From positions 9,166-73,165 of the forward strand of contig JAHDRK010000033.1 in NCBI GenBank assembly GCA_018433345.1: 64,000 bases of DNA, read 5' to 3'. The notes under the pieces were generated by a model. The model did not search any database. It was not told where the DNA came from and saw nothing but the letters and a program-made list of their open reading frames with translations. This stretch comes from Syntrophobacterales bacterium (GTDB lineage: Bacteria > Desulfobacterota > Syntrophia > Syntrophales > UBA2210). Shown one piece after another: positions 1 through 9,410 of this stretch. Position numbers and translations under genes: made by a program. Position 1 is the stretch's first letter, and each line of letters begins with the position of its first letter.

Positions 1-453
1 GCCGCCGTCACCCGAAAAAACGAAATGGCGGAAAAAGCCGCCGAGGTGGTTAAGGCCGACGTCCCTGCAAGCACGATCAAACCATGGCTGGACGAAAACT
101 TCGATCACGATTTCTGGAACAAGATACACATCGGCTGCCTGGCCTGTGGAACCTGCACCTATCTCTGCCCCACTTGCCACTGTTTCGACATAACGGACGA
201 AATGAAAAAGGAAGAAGGCAGGCGTGCCAGGAGCTGGGACTCTTGTATGTACTGGCTCTTCACCCAGGAAACATCGGGTCATAATCCCAGGCCTACACAG
301 AAAGAACGTTGGCGCCAGCGGTTCATGCACAAGTTCAAGTACTTCGTTGACAACTTCGGTGCCGTCGCCTGCGTGGGTTGCGGGCGATGTGTCAGGTACT
401 GCCCTGTCAACATCGATATACGGAAAATCGCTCAAGATATTTCGAAACTTTAG
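1..453 (+). CDS. 4Fe-4S dicluster protein, C-terminal part (AsrA/HydB-like Fe-S subunit); 5' end lies outside the window
   Basis: Frame 1 is open from nt 1. Two ferredoxin-type Cys clusters are present (CLACGTCTYLCPTCHC and CVGCGRCVRYCP). The TAG stop at 451-453 lies 3 nt before the next gene. Confidence 0.7.
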   Translation, partial: AAVTRKNEMAEKAAEVVKADVPASTIKPWLDENFDHDFWNKIHIGCLACGTCTYLCPTCHCFDITDEMKKEEGRRARSWDSCMYWLFTQETSGHNPRPTQKERWRQRFMHKFKYFVDNFGAVACVGCGRCVRYCPVNIDIRKIAQDISKL

Positions 454-456
454 TTT

Positions 457-1311
457 TTGGAGATCATGATGGAAATAAATCCCTATGTGCCCATGCCGGT
501 TAAGGTCGACAAGATAATTACGGAAGTGACCAGCAAAGATATCAAGACCTTCCGCCTCACCTTCATAAACAAGGAAGATGAAGAACGGTTCGACTATCTT
601 CCGGGGCAGTTCGCCGAACTTTCCATATTCGGCAAGGGGGAGTCGCCCATTGGAATCGCATCGTCTCCGACCGACAAAGGTTACGTGGAGTTTACAGTGC
701 AAAAGGCCGGTGTCGTGACATCGGAACTGCACAGCCTGGAAGAAGGCGCACTCATAGGTGTGCGAGGCCCGCTGGGCAATAGTTGGCCGCTGGACTATCT
801 GAAAGGAAAGAACCTGGTCCTGGTGGGAGGCGGTTTTGCCTTTACCACCATCAGGTCCTTGATCAGATACGCGCTCGATGAAGAAAACCGTTCCCGCTTT
901 GAGAAGATCACCGTAGTTTACGGCGCCCGCGAACCCGGGCTGCTTCTTTACAAGGAAGAACTCGCCCTTTGGGAAAAGCGCGACGACATCGAAATGTATG
1001 TGACGGTGGACAAGGGAGACGCCGATTGGAAGGGGCGGGAAGGTTTCGTGCCCGCCGTCTGCAAGGAAGTGGCGCCCAGCTCGGAAAATGCCGTGGCTCT
1101 AATTTGCGGGCCGCCCATCATGATCCGTTTCACGCTCCCCGAATTCTTCAATCTCGGTTTTTCGAAGGAGAACATTTACACATCCCTCGAAATGAGAATG
1201 AAGTGCGGCATCGGCAAATGCGGCCGCTGCAACGTGGGGAACAAATACGTCTGCAAGGACGGACCCGTCTTTTCGCTGGCGGAACTCGACAAACTAACCC
1301 CGGAATATTAA
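457..1311 (+). CDS. FAD/NAD(P)-binding oxidoreductase with C-terminal 2Fe-2S site (PyrK/AsrB/HydG-like electron-transfer subunit)
   Basis: 284 aa. Ferredoxin-reductase-type fold motifs are present (PGQFAELS, VLVGGGFAF) with a C-terminal CGIGKCGRCNVG...C cluster. It is tightly coupled to the upstream Fe-S gene. Confidence 0.75.
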   Translation: MEIMMEINPYVPMPVKVDKIITEVTSKDIKTFRLTFINKEDEERFDYLPGQFAELSIFGKGESPIGIASSPTDKGYVEFTVQKAGVVTSELHSLEEGALIGVRGPLGNSWPLDYLKGKNLVLVGGGFAFTTIRSLIRYALDEENRSRFEKITVVYGAREPGLLLYKEELALWEKRDDIEMYVTVDKGDADWKGREGFVPAVCKEVAPSSENAVALICGPPIMIRFTLPEFFNLGFSKENIYTSLEMRMKCGIGKCGRCNVGNKYVCKDGPVFSLAELDKLTPEY

Positions 1312-1433
1312 AGAACGCCGGTACATAATCGCTGATGGCAATCACATCCCGGGTTCCGTTTTTCTTTTTCGCGACCTGCCGGTCTTTGACGGCTACCTGT
1401 GGTTTCGACGATCGGAGGTAAAAACCTTCTTTC

Positions 1434-1462
1434 TTGACCTGGCCGGATGATGGTGATAATTA
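1434..1462 (+). promoter_or_regulatory. candidate sigma70-type promoter for the nfnAB genes
   Basis: TTGACC at 1434-1439 followed by GATAAT/TAATTA at 1455-1462 (15-17 nt spacing), about 90 nt upstream of the GTG start at 1552. Confidence 0.3.
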
Positions 1463-1551
1463 TTCAGAATTCCAGCGAAATGCCATGGCTCCGGCTTTTT
1501 CGGAGATCGGCGGAATATTAAGGCTGACATAATAGGAGGAATGAGAAGAAC

Positions 1552-2385
1552 GTGCCTCTAATACGAAAAAAAGAATTCCTGTCTTCGGGCGTTTTCAAGA
1601 TGGTGATCGACGCGCCTCATGTAGCGTCCACTCGAAAACCGGGACAATTTATCGTTCTTATGACCGAGGAAAGTGGGGAAAGGATTCCCCTCACAATCGT
1701 CGATTCCGACGAGGACGACGGAACGATCACCATAATCGTACAGATCGTCGGCAAGACCACCACTTGTCTGAGCGAAATGAATCCGGGCGAAGAGCTGTAC
1801 GCCTTGCTGGGTCCCCTGGGTCGCCCCACGGATATCAAGAATTTTGGAACCGTCGTGTGCGTCGGCGGCGGCGTCGGCATCGGTGTCGTCTATCCCATCT
1901 CGAAGGCCTTGAAAGAAGCCGGCAATAACGTGATCTCCATCATCGGCGCCCGGACAAAGGATATCTTGATTCTCGAGGAAGAAACCCGGCTGACCAGCGA
2001 CCGGCTTATCATAACCACCGACGACGGCAGCTATGGAATGAAGGGATTTGTGAGCCAGGCCCTCCAGGATCTCATCGACTAGGGAGAAAAAATCGATCAT
2101 GTCTTCGCCATCGGTCCCGTTCCCATGATGAGGGTGGTCTGCGATACCACCCGTCCCTATGGGATAAAAACGGTGGTAAGCCTCAATCCAATCATGGTCG
2201 ACGCCACGGGCATGTGCGGTGCCTGCCGCGTTTCCGTGGGAAACGAAACAAAGTTCGCCTGCGTGGACGGCCCCGAATTCGACGGCCACCAGGTGGACTT
2301 CGATCTGCTGGCGACCCGTTTGCGCATCTATTACCGCGAAGAAAAAGAGGCCATGGAAGAATTCAGGTGCCGGTGTCGTGATTGA
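1552..2385 (+). pseudogene. nfnA: NfnA/SudB-type ferredoxin-NADP reductase-like subunit (PyrK family), interrupted by an in-frame TAG at 2080-2082
   Basis: ORFs 1552-2082 and 2125-2385 are in the same frame. Reading through the TAG gives a continuous 277-codon protein (..LQDLID*GEKIDHVFAIGPVPMM..) with the C-terminal CGACRVSVGNETKFACVDGPEF cluster typical of the family. Confidence 0.8.
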
Positions 2386-2492
2386 CGGTACCTTCTAAAG
2401 GACGCCGCTCGGGAAGATGTTGCGGCCGGTAAGAGCGGCTTGTAATAGCGGACGAAGAATTCATCAATGTTTACAGGATTGCCGAGGTCACC

Positions 2493-3908
2493 ATGACTGA
2501 CGATACCAAGAAAAAGAAACGAGAAAAGATACCCAGGCAGGCAATGCCGGAGCAGGACCCGGCTGTACGAAGTAAAAATTTTGAAGAAGTACCGCTTGGA
2601 TATACTGAAGAACAAGCTCTGGCCGAGGCCTCGAGGTGTCTCCACTGCAAGAAACCGCTTTGTGTGACCGGGTGTCCCGTGGAAATCGACATTCCGGGGT
2701 TTATCAATCTTATATCGGAAAAGCGGTACGCCCCGGCGGCCCGCCTGATAAAGGAAACAAACAGCCTCCCCGCCGTATGCGGCAGGGTCTGTCCCCAGGA
2801 ATCCCAGTGCGAATCACTCTGTGTACTAGGCAAGAAGGATGATCCCGTGGCCATCGGGAGGCTCGAGCGATACGTGGCGGATTTCGAGCGGGAATCGGGC
2901 GACGTGCCCCTTCCATCTATCCCGCCTTCAACGGGAAAACGGGTGGCCGTGGTCGGCGCAGGACCCGCGGGTCTCACCATCGCCGGCGACCTCGTTAAGA
3001 AGGGCCACGGAGTCACTATCTTCGAGGGTCTGCACAAGCCCGGCGGGGTTCTAATGTACGGCATTCCCGAATTCCGGTTGCCCAAGGCCATCGTGGAGGC
3101 GGAGGTCGACTACTTGGTGCGCCTGGGCGTCGAAATCAGGTGTGACATGGTGATCGGAAGGGGAACGACCGTCGATGATCTCTTCGCCCAGGGTTACGAC
3201 GCCGTTTTTCTCGGGGTTGGGGCGGGGGCACCGGTATTCATGGACATCCCCGGCGAAAACCTAAGCGGTATTTATTCCGCCAACGAGTACCTGACCCGTT
3301 CGAATCTCATGAAAGCCTACCGTTTTCCCGAATACGACACTCCCATCGCGAGGGGAAAGCGCGTGGCCGTTCTCGGCGGCGGAAACGTCTCCATGGACTC
3401 GGTACGGACCGCGCTTCGCCTGGGAGCCGAGAAGGCGACCATCGTGTACCGGCGGACGGAAGTGGAAATGCCGGCCAGAAAAGAAGAGATACATCACGCC
3501 ATGGAAGAGGGAGTGGAGTTCCAGTTTCTCACGAATCCGGTGGAGTACATAGGCGACGACCAAGGGTGGGTAAAGGCCATGAAGTGCATCCGAATGGAAC
3601 TCGGCGAACCCGACGAGTCCGGCCGTCGCCGTCCCGTTCCCATCGAGGGATCCGAATTTATCATCGATGTGGACATGGTCGTGGTTGCCATAGGGACACA
3701 GGCAAATCCCGTCATACCGGTCACCACGCCGGGACTGGAAACAAACCGGCGGGGCTATATCGTGGCCGACGAAGAAAGCGGCGCAACCAGCCGACCAGGC
3801 GTATACGCAGGCGGGGACATCGTTACGGGATCGGCGACGGTCATCCAGGCCATGGGCGCGGCCAAGAAGGCTGCGAGAGCCATCGACGAGTACCTGAACA
3901 GCCTGTAA
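2493..3908 (+). CDS. nfnB: NfnB/SudA/GltD-type NADPH-dependent oxidoreductase (glutamate synthase small-subunit family)
   Basis: 471 aa. N-terminal Fe-S motifs (CLHCKKPLCVTGCP, CGRVCPQESQCESLC), two dinucleotide-binding motifs (VAVVGAGPAGL, VAVLGGGNVSMD) and a C-terminal GDIVTGSATVI motif. Confidence 0.85.
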   Translation: MTDDTKKKKREKIPRQAMPEQDPAVRSKNFEEVPLGYTEEQALAEASRCLHCKKPLCVTGCPVEIDIPGFINLISEKRYAPAARLIKETNSLPAVCGRVCPQESQCESLCVLGKKDDPVAIGRLERYVADFERESGDVPLPSIPPSTGKRVAVVGAGPAGLTIAGDLVKKGHGVTIFEGLHKPGGVLMYGIPEFRLPKAIVEAEVDYLVRLGVEIRCDMVIGRGTTVDDLFAQGYDAVFLGVGAGAPVFMDIPGENLSGIYSANEYLTRSNLMKAYRFPEYDTPIARGKRVAVLGGGNVSMDSVRTALRLGAEKATIVYRRTEVEMPARKEEIHHAMEEGVEFQFLTNPVEYIGDDQGWVKAMKCIRMELGEPDESGRRRPVPIEGSEFIIDVDMVVVAIGTQANPVIPVTTPGLETNRRGYIVADEESGATSRPGVYAGGDIVTGSATVIQAMGAAKKAARAIDEYLNSL

Positions 3909-3938
3909 TTTCTTGGGGAGAAGGTTCTCGGACCCGGC

Positions 3939-5201
3939 GTGGGAATCATGATCCTTGTTACACGAATATCTCACATCATAGGCGTGGGCGCGGCGGTTCT
4001 CCTTGGATTTTCCATCCCCGTTTCCACGGCGCTTGATACCGTTCTCGTTTCGCTCATAGTGATTGCCTGGATCGTGGGCGGCCGGTACAGGGACAAGGCC
4101 GCCGTAATTCACAATCCCGTGGTCATCGCGTCTCTCGCCATTTTCGCCGCTTATCTGGCGGGGTCACTCTACAGCATAGGCGACAGTGAAACGATCTTTG
4201 AATCTCTCCGCGATGCCCGCATATTTCTGATTCTGCCCTTTCTCATGTACTTTTTTGCTTCGCGGCCGGAGGCAAAGCGCCTTGGCCTCAACGCCTTCAT
4301 GATCGCCGTCATCGCCACGCTGGCATTGTCCTGGCTTGCCTGGTTCGATCTTCTGCCGAAGGCGTCCTTTTTGAAGATAGACGACGATAATCCCACCCCC
4401 TTCAAGCTCCGTATCACCCATAATATTTTCATGGCCTTCGGGGCCTATCTTTTCGCCGTCATGACCCTGAACACACAGTCCCGAAGGCGGCGAATCGTCT
4501 TTGCCGTTCTATGCGCAGCGGCTGTGTTCAACGTATTGTTCATGGTCCAGGGGCGCACCGGATACGTGGTTCTATCGGCGCTCATGATCCTTTTCTCCTA
4601 CCAGGCGGCCCGCTGGAAGGGGTTAGCCGTTGCGCTGGTGTCGATACTACTGATAGGCGGAGGTGCCTGGCTTCACAAGGACAACGCCCTTTACACCAGG
4701 ATCTCGGTTACAATACATGAATTGAAAGCGTTGGAAAGCGCCGAAACGGTGGCCGCCGAACCTGTCATCAGGCTCAACTATTATGTCTATACCCTAAAGA
4801 TCATAAGGGAAAATCCATTTTTCGGCGTTGGTACGGGGGGATTTCGACAGGCCTACGCCGACGTGGTCGCCGGGACCGACCATGAGATCGCCCTTCATCC
4901 CCACAACGAGTACCTGATGGTGGGAGTGCAGCTCGGCCTGTTCGGCCTCTTTTGTTATGCCTTGCTTTTTATCGTCCAATGGCGGTACTCTGCGCGGATG
5001 GACGATCCACTGCACCGGATGCTTGCCCGTGGTCTCGTCGTCGCCATTCTCTCGGCAAGCCCGGTGAACTCCACGCTCATCGATCACTCGGAAGGTCTCT
5101 TCTGGCTTTGGATGAGCGCCCTGCTTTATGCAGATATAAGGTCCGATTTCCGGCGGAGGGTTCGAAGTGTCGCTTTCAGTGGTCATAATAACGAAAAATG
5201 A
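3939..5201 (+). CDS. O-antigen ligase / Wzy_C family polytopic membrane protein
   Basis: 420 aa with many hydrophobic segments. It carries the HPHNEYLMVGVQLGLFG motif characteristic of O-antigen ligase-like proteins. Start uncertain (GTG 3939 or ATG 3948). Confidence 0.7.
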   Translation: MGIMILVTRISHIIGVGAAVLLGFSIPVSTALDTVLVSLIVIAWIVGGRYRDKAAVIHNPVVIASLAIFAAYLAGSLYSIGDSETIFESLRDARIFLILPFLMYFFASRPEAKRLGLNAFMIAVIATLALSWLAWFDLLPKASFLKIDDDNPTPFKLRITHNIFMAFGAYLFAVMTLNTQSRRRRIVFAVLCAAAVFNVLFMVQGRTGYVVLSALMILFSYQAARWKGLAVALVSILLIGGGAWLHKDNALYTRISVTIHELKALESAETVAAEPVIRLNYYVYTLKIIRENPFFGVGTGGFRQAYADVVAGTDHEIALHPHNEYLMVGVQLGLFGLFCYALLFIVQWRYSARMDDPLHRMLARGLVVAILSASPVNSTLIDHSEGLFWLWMSALLYADIRSDFRRRVRSVAFSGHNNEK

Positions 5202-5919
5202 AGAGGGCGCCATAGAGGACTGCCTCGATTCCGTGGCATGGGCCGACGAGATAATCGTCCTCGATTCGGGCAGTGTAGACAGGACGGTGGAAATATGCCG
5301 ACGCTACACGGACAAGGTTTATGAAACGGACTGGCCCGGTTTCGGCCCCCAGAAAAACCGCGCACTTGAAAAGGCCACGGGAGACTGGGTACTGTCGCTC
5401 GACGCCGACGAGCGGATATCACCTGAACTTAAAGAAGAAATCCTTCAGGCCGTTGCCGATCCCAATGCCCCGGCAGCCTTTGAAATGCCGCGTTTGTCAA
5501 GCTTTTGCGGGCGACAGATACTCCACGGCGGCTGGTGGCCCGATTACATTGTCCGCCTGGCGCGAAGGGGGCGTGCCCGTTTCAGCGACGATATAGTTCA
5601 CGAACGGATGATCATTGACGGAACCACGAAACGGCTCAAGAATCCCATTCTGCACGAGGCATTCGAATCACTGGAAGACGTCATTCAAACCATGAACCGG
5701 TACACCACGGCGGGGGCGGTGATGATGCGCCACAGGGGTGAACCTTCCTCGCTGTATCGCGCCGTCTCGCACGGACTGTGGGCCTTTTTCTACACCTGGA
5801 TCGGACGGTTCGGCTTCCTGGACGGACGGGAAGGCTTTCTTGTGGCGCTCTATAACGCCGAACATACATTCTACCGCTACGCCAAGAGGATCTACCTGGA
5901 CGAGGAAACGAAAACGTGA
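5167..5919 (+). CDS. family 2 glycosyltransferase (LPS core-type)
   Basis: 250 aa. N-terminal LSVVIITKNEE..., DSGSVDRT and the LSLDADE (DxD) motif. It overlaps the ligase gene by 35 nt. Confidence 0.8.
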   Translation: MSLSVVIITKNEEGAIEDCLDSVAWADEIIVLDSGSVDRTVEICRRYTDKVYETDWPGFGPQKNRALEKATGDWVLSLDADERISPELKEEILQAVADPNAPAAFEMPRLSSFCGRQILHGGWWPDYIVRLARRGRARFSDDIVHERMIIDGTTKRLKNPILHEAFESLEDVIQTMNRYTTAGAVMMRHRGEPSSLYRAVSHGLWAFFYTWIGRFGFLDGREGFLVALYNAEHTFYRYAKRIYLDEETKT

Positions 5920-6081
5920 CGGCCCCGCAAAAGGCCGAGAATTGCCATTTTCGCCGTCTTGACGAAGGCCGCTTTTAATTCCCATTACGGGGGGACATGA
6001 CGTTTCGGACTTTTCGCGAGCGCGCCGAATCATGAAGCTTCAAAAGCGCGCTCATGAGGGGACCGGCTACGAAATTCCGTT

Positions 6082-7173
6082 ATGAAGACGCCGAAGAACA
6101 TACTTGTCATTGTAACCAGGCGCATAGGAGACGTGCTTCTGGCCACCCCGCTTCTGCATTCGCTCCGTGTCGCGTGGCCCGATTCATTCATCGATGTGCT
6201 GGTCTACCGGGGGACGGAATCGTGCCTTACGGCCAACAACGACATCAACAGGGTGCTTGCCGTCGACGAAAGATCAGACCTCTCCGACCAGGTCTCCTTT
6301 ATGCGGACCATAACCGGTCGATATGACATGGCGCTGTCCACGCAGATCGGCGACCGTCCGACCTTATACGCCTTTCTCGCAGGGAAAAAGAGGCTCGGCC
6401 TCGTGGAGAAGGAATTCAAACAGTTATGGAAACGGATCCTCCTCTCCGGCTGGAAGGAATTCGACAATCGCGACACCCACACGGTGTTGATGAACCTGGC
6501 CCTGGCGGACATACTGGGAATCGAGAAACACTATAACGTGATCGCCTCTTGGAACGGTGTCAACGAGGAACGCCTGCGTGACCTTATGGCTTTTGAAAAA
6601 AAGGAGGAGACCTTCGCCGTCATCCATCCCTCCCCCAAGTTCACGTACAAAATGTGGCGGCTGGAGGCCTGGGGGCAACTGGCATCGGCCCTCCGTGAAA
6701 GGGGTTACCGTATTGTGGTCACCGGAGGAGGCGACCCAAATGAACAGAGATACATCGACACACTCCTTGCCCATTTTCCCCTCGACACCGTGAACATGAG
6801 CGGGCAGCTCGACCTCGGCGAGGTCGCCCGCCTGATAAGCGACGCTGCGATCTACGTGGGACCGGATACCTGTGTCACACACATGGCCGCCGCGCTCGGC
6901 ACCCCCACGGTGGCCCTCTACGGCCCCACCAATCCCGTCAAATGGGGTCCCTGGCCCCTGGGATGGACCTCGCACACCAACCCCTACAAACGAAGGGGAA
7001 CTCCCCAGCGCGCAGGCAACGTGATATTGTTGCAGGGAAAGATGGACTGCGTTCCCTGCGCCGAGGAAGGCTGCGATCGTTCAATCGACAGCGAGAGTCG
7101 CTGCCTCCACTCCATAACCGTGAACGACGTGCTGTCCGCCGTCGACTCGTTCGCTATGGGGTCAAATCTTTAA
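6082..7173 (+). CDS. family 9 glycosyltransferase (LPS heptosyltransferase-like)
   Basis: 363 aa. ILVIVTRRIGDVLLATPLL N-terminus and a C-terminal YVGPDTCVTHMAAALGTPTVALYGPT motif typical of GT9. Confidence 0.8.
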   Translation: MKTPKNILVIVTRRIGDVLLATPLLHSLRVAWPDSFIDVLVYRGTESCLTANNDINRVLAVDERSDLSDQVSFMRTITGRYDMALSTQIGDRPTLYAFLAGKKRLGLVEKEFKQLWKRILLSGWKEFDNRDTHTVLMNLALADILGIEKHYNVIASWNGVNEERLRDLMAFEKKEETFAVIHPSPKFTYKMWRLEAWGQLASALRERGYRIVVTGGGDPNEQRYIDTLLAHFPLDTVNMSGQLDLGEVARLISDAAIYVGPDTCVTHMAAALGTPTVALYGPTNPVKWGPWPLGWTSHTNPYKRRGTPQRAGNVILLQGKMDCVPCAEEGCDRSIDSESRCLHSITVNDVLSAVDSFAMGSNL

Positions 7174-7184
7174 ACTTGACATTT
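7156..7184. repeat. copy 1 of a 29-30 bp sequence repeated in inverted orientation at 38287-38316
   Basis: atggggtcaaatctttaaacttgacattt compared with the reverse complement of 38287-38316 (atgggggtcgaatctttaaacttgacattt) shows one indel and one mismatch. It spans the GT9 stop codon. Confidence 0.85.
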
Positions 7185-7300
7185 CGCTAGAACCGCGCCG
7201 CGTTCATCCCGCCGGTCTGTCTCCGTTCTTTACACCTTGTGGCTGCTGTAGTATAGACGGGAGGCATGGCTGAAAGATCGGAAGAAAGGCGGAACCCATC

Positions 7301-8398
7301 ATGGAGGCCGATTCCGACATAGGGTTCATGAAACGGGCCCTTGCCCTCGCCCGCAGGGGGATGGGAAAAGTCAGTCCCAATCCGATGGTGGGGGCTGTCA
7401 TAGTCAAAGACGGTAGGATCATCGGCGAGGGATGGCACAGGGAATTCGGCGGGAAACACGCTGAAATCAACGCCATTGAAAGCGCCGTTGGGGATCCCCG
7501 GGGCGCCGTTTTCTATGTAACCCTCGAACCTTGCAGTCACCAGGGGAAGACACCTCCGTGTGTGGACCGCCTCATCGAGATCGCCCCCTCCCGGGTTGTC
7601 GTAGGAACGGCGGACCCAAATCCCCTCGTTTCGGGAAGGGGGATCGCCGCCCTCAGAAAGCACGGAATCCGGACTGACGTGGGTGTTCTCGAAGAAGAGT
7701 GCAGGCGCTTGAACGAGGTCTTTTTTACATTCATGGAACGAGGAACCCCCTTCGTAACGCTCAAGTACGCCCAGACACTCGACGGCAGAATCGCCTCTTC
7801 AAGGGGCGATTCTCGCTGGATAAGCTCTTACAAATCCCGGCGCTTCGCTCACCGGCTAAGAAGTCGTCACGACGCCGTCCTGGTAGGCATAGGAACGGTC
7901 ATCGCGGACGACCCGGAGCTGACGGTACGCCATGTTCGCGGTAGAAACCCCGTTCGAATCGTGGCGGACTCCCGGCTTCGCATTCCCAGAGAAGCGCGTC
8001 TACTGAAAGACGCTGAAAAGGCCCGAACCTTTATTTTTACTTCTACCCGAGCCGACAAGACAAAGATGGAGCGATTACGGAAAGAGGGTGTCAAGGTCAT
8101 CCTCGTTGATGAAGAGGAGCCGGGCCGCCTGGACATGATGGAGATTTTCGCGGTATTGGGGCAAATGGGCTTGTCTTCCGTTCTCGTGGAAGGCGGTTCG
8201 GGAATTATCACGTCTTGCCTGGCGAGGGGTTGCGTTGACCGCCTGGTGGTGATCATAGCCCCCCGGATACTGGGGGCGGGGATCGATGCCGTGGGTGACC
8301 TGGGAATTGCCGCCGTGGACCGATCGTTAAACCTCTTAGTGGACAAGCTCAGCGTAAGTGGCGGAGACATTATAATCGACGCCAGGCCGCGAAAGTAA
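7301..8398 (+). CDS. ribD: bifunctional riboflavin biosynthesis deaminase/reductase RibD
   Basis: 365 aa. Deaminase motifs (NPMVGAVIV, HAEINAI, TLEPCSHQGKTPPC) followed by a reductase domain (TLKYAQTLDGRIA, VLVEGG). Confidence 0.9.
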   Translation: MEADSDIGFMKRALALARRGMGKVSPNPMVGAVIVKDGRIIGEGWHREFGGKHAEINAIESAVGDPRGAVFYVTLEPCSHQGKTPPCVDRLIEIAPSRVVVGTADPNPLVSGRGIAALRKHGIRTDVGVLEEECRRLNEVFFTFMERGTPFVTLKYAQTLDGRIASSRGDSRWISSYKSRRFAHRLRSRHDAVLVGIGTVIADDPELTVRHVRGRNPVRIVADSRLRIPREARLLKDAEKARTFIFTSTRADKTKMERLRKEGVKVILVDEEEPGRLDMMEIFAVLGQMGLSSVLVEGGSGIITSCLARGCVDRLVVIIAPRILGAGIDAVGDLGIAAVDRSLNLLVDKLSVSGGDIIIDARPRK

Positions 8399-8408
8399 AG
8401 GACAGGCG

Positions 8409-8912
8409 ATGTCTTGGTACGCCGTCTATACTAAAAGCCGTTGCGAGGACAAGGTTCACCGGGGATTTCTGCAGCGGGACATAAAACCTTTCCTGCCGAA
8501 GATCGAGGTATGGAGCCGCCGCAAGGACAGGAAAAAGAAAATTCAAATCCCCCTCTTTTCAGGATACCTCTTCGTAGATCTTGACGATATAAACGGCGCC
8601 AAGAGGCTTGCGGTACTGAAAACACCGGGGGTGGTGAAAATCCTGGGAAACCCGACGGGAGGCGAACCCGTTCCCATCCCTGACGCCCAGATCGACGCCG
8701 TGAGGAGACTCGTCGATTCGAAGGTGGAACTTCGATCCTGCCTCTATCCCCGGGTGGGGGAAAGGGCTCGCATAACCAGCGGCCCTTTTAAGGGAATAGA
8801 AGGCGTCGTTTTACAGACCGATTACGACAAGGACCTCTTCGCCGTGTCGATCGACTTGCTCAGGCGTTCCGTGGCCGTCAAACTTGAAGGTTTCCGCGTG
8901 GAAAAGATTTAG
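8409..8912 (+). CDS. NusG paralog (RfaH/UpxY-like specialised transcription antiterminator)
   Basis: 167 aa. NGN-like N-terminus (WYAVYTKSRCEDKV...PLFSGYLFV) and a C-terminal KOW-like segment (ITSGPFKGIEGVV). Confidence 0.7.
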   Translation: MSWYAVYTKSRCEDKVHRGFLQRDIKPFLPKIEVWSRRKDRKKKIQIPLFSGYLFVDLDDINGAKRLAVLKTPGVVKILGNPTGGEPVPIPDAQIDAVRRLVDSKVELRSCLYPRVGERARITSGPFKGIEGVVLQTDYDKDLFAVSIDLLRRSVAVKLEGFRVEKI

Positions 8913-9020
8913 ATACGCCTCGCGGCGGGGTTCGAGGTGTATCTTCCCCCATTCTGCGATCATGCCGGCCGCGGCCGAGAGGAAATCGAAAAAAGATGGA
9001 GACGGGATACGACGGCACTC

Positions 9021-9410
9021 TCACTCCAGGGGATAGGAACCGTCGGGAAGATGCACCTCCCCTCCCGTCAACGGGGGGCTGAAGACGCAAACCAGCCGCA
9101 TGTCGGTGTCGTGGGCCCTCAGGTAATGCCTGTCATGCTTGTTCAGGGCGTACATGGTGCCCGGCTTTATTTCGAATATCTCGCCGCTGTCGTAAAGCTC
9201 GATTTCTCCCTCGCCTTCGACACAGTACACCGCTTCCAGGTGGTTTTTGTACCATATATGGGTTTCCGTACCCGCGAAGATCACCGTCTCGTGGAAGGAA
9301 AATCCCATGTCGTCCTTTTTGAGAAGCAGACGCCGGCTGACCCAGTTGCCGTTTTCGGCGAAGACTTCCCGGTCGGTGCCCTTCATTTCATTAATCGTTC
9401 TCACTATCAA
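9021..9410 (-). CDS. ectC: L-ectoine synthase
   Basis: 129 aa. MIVR..., ENGNW, FAGTETHIWYKNHLEAVYCVEGEGE and the rest are collinear with EctC. Confidence 0.9.
   Translation of the reverse strand: MIVRTINEMKGTDREVFAENGNWVSRRLLLKKDDMGFSFHETVIFAGTETHIWYKNHLEAVYCVEGEGEIELYDSGEIFEIKPGTMYALNKHDRHYLRAHDTDMRLVCVFSPPLTGGEVHLPDGSYPLE

Noticed and set aside
2080-2082. The in-frame TAG in nfnA as a pyrrolysine codon
   Set aside because: TAG is used as an ordinary stop codon by several confident genes in this window (451-453, 8910-8912, 37639-37641). No pyl genes are visible, and the position falls in a linker where homologues have an ordinary residue. A nonsense mutation or a sequencing error is more likely.
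1558-2289. 243-aa minus-strand ORF
   Set aside because: It is a shadow ORF antisense to nfnA in GC-rich DNA, with no motifs.
3261-4112. 283-aa minus-strand ORF
   Set aside because: It is antisense to nfnB and the O-antigen ligase gene, with Arg/Gly/His-rich shadow-ORF composition.
7185-7300. Possible FMN (RFN) riboswitch upstream of ribD
   Set aside because: Only a weak resemblance to the 3' part of the element is present (gtatagac..gggagg). The conserved GGGTGAAATTCCC-type core is absent, and the roughly 115-nt leader is too short for the full structure.
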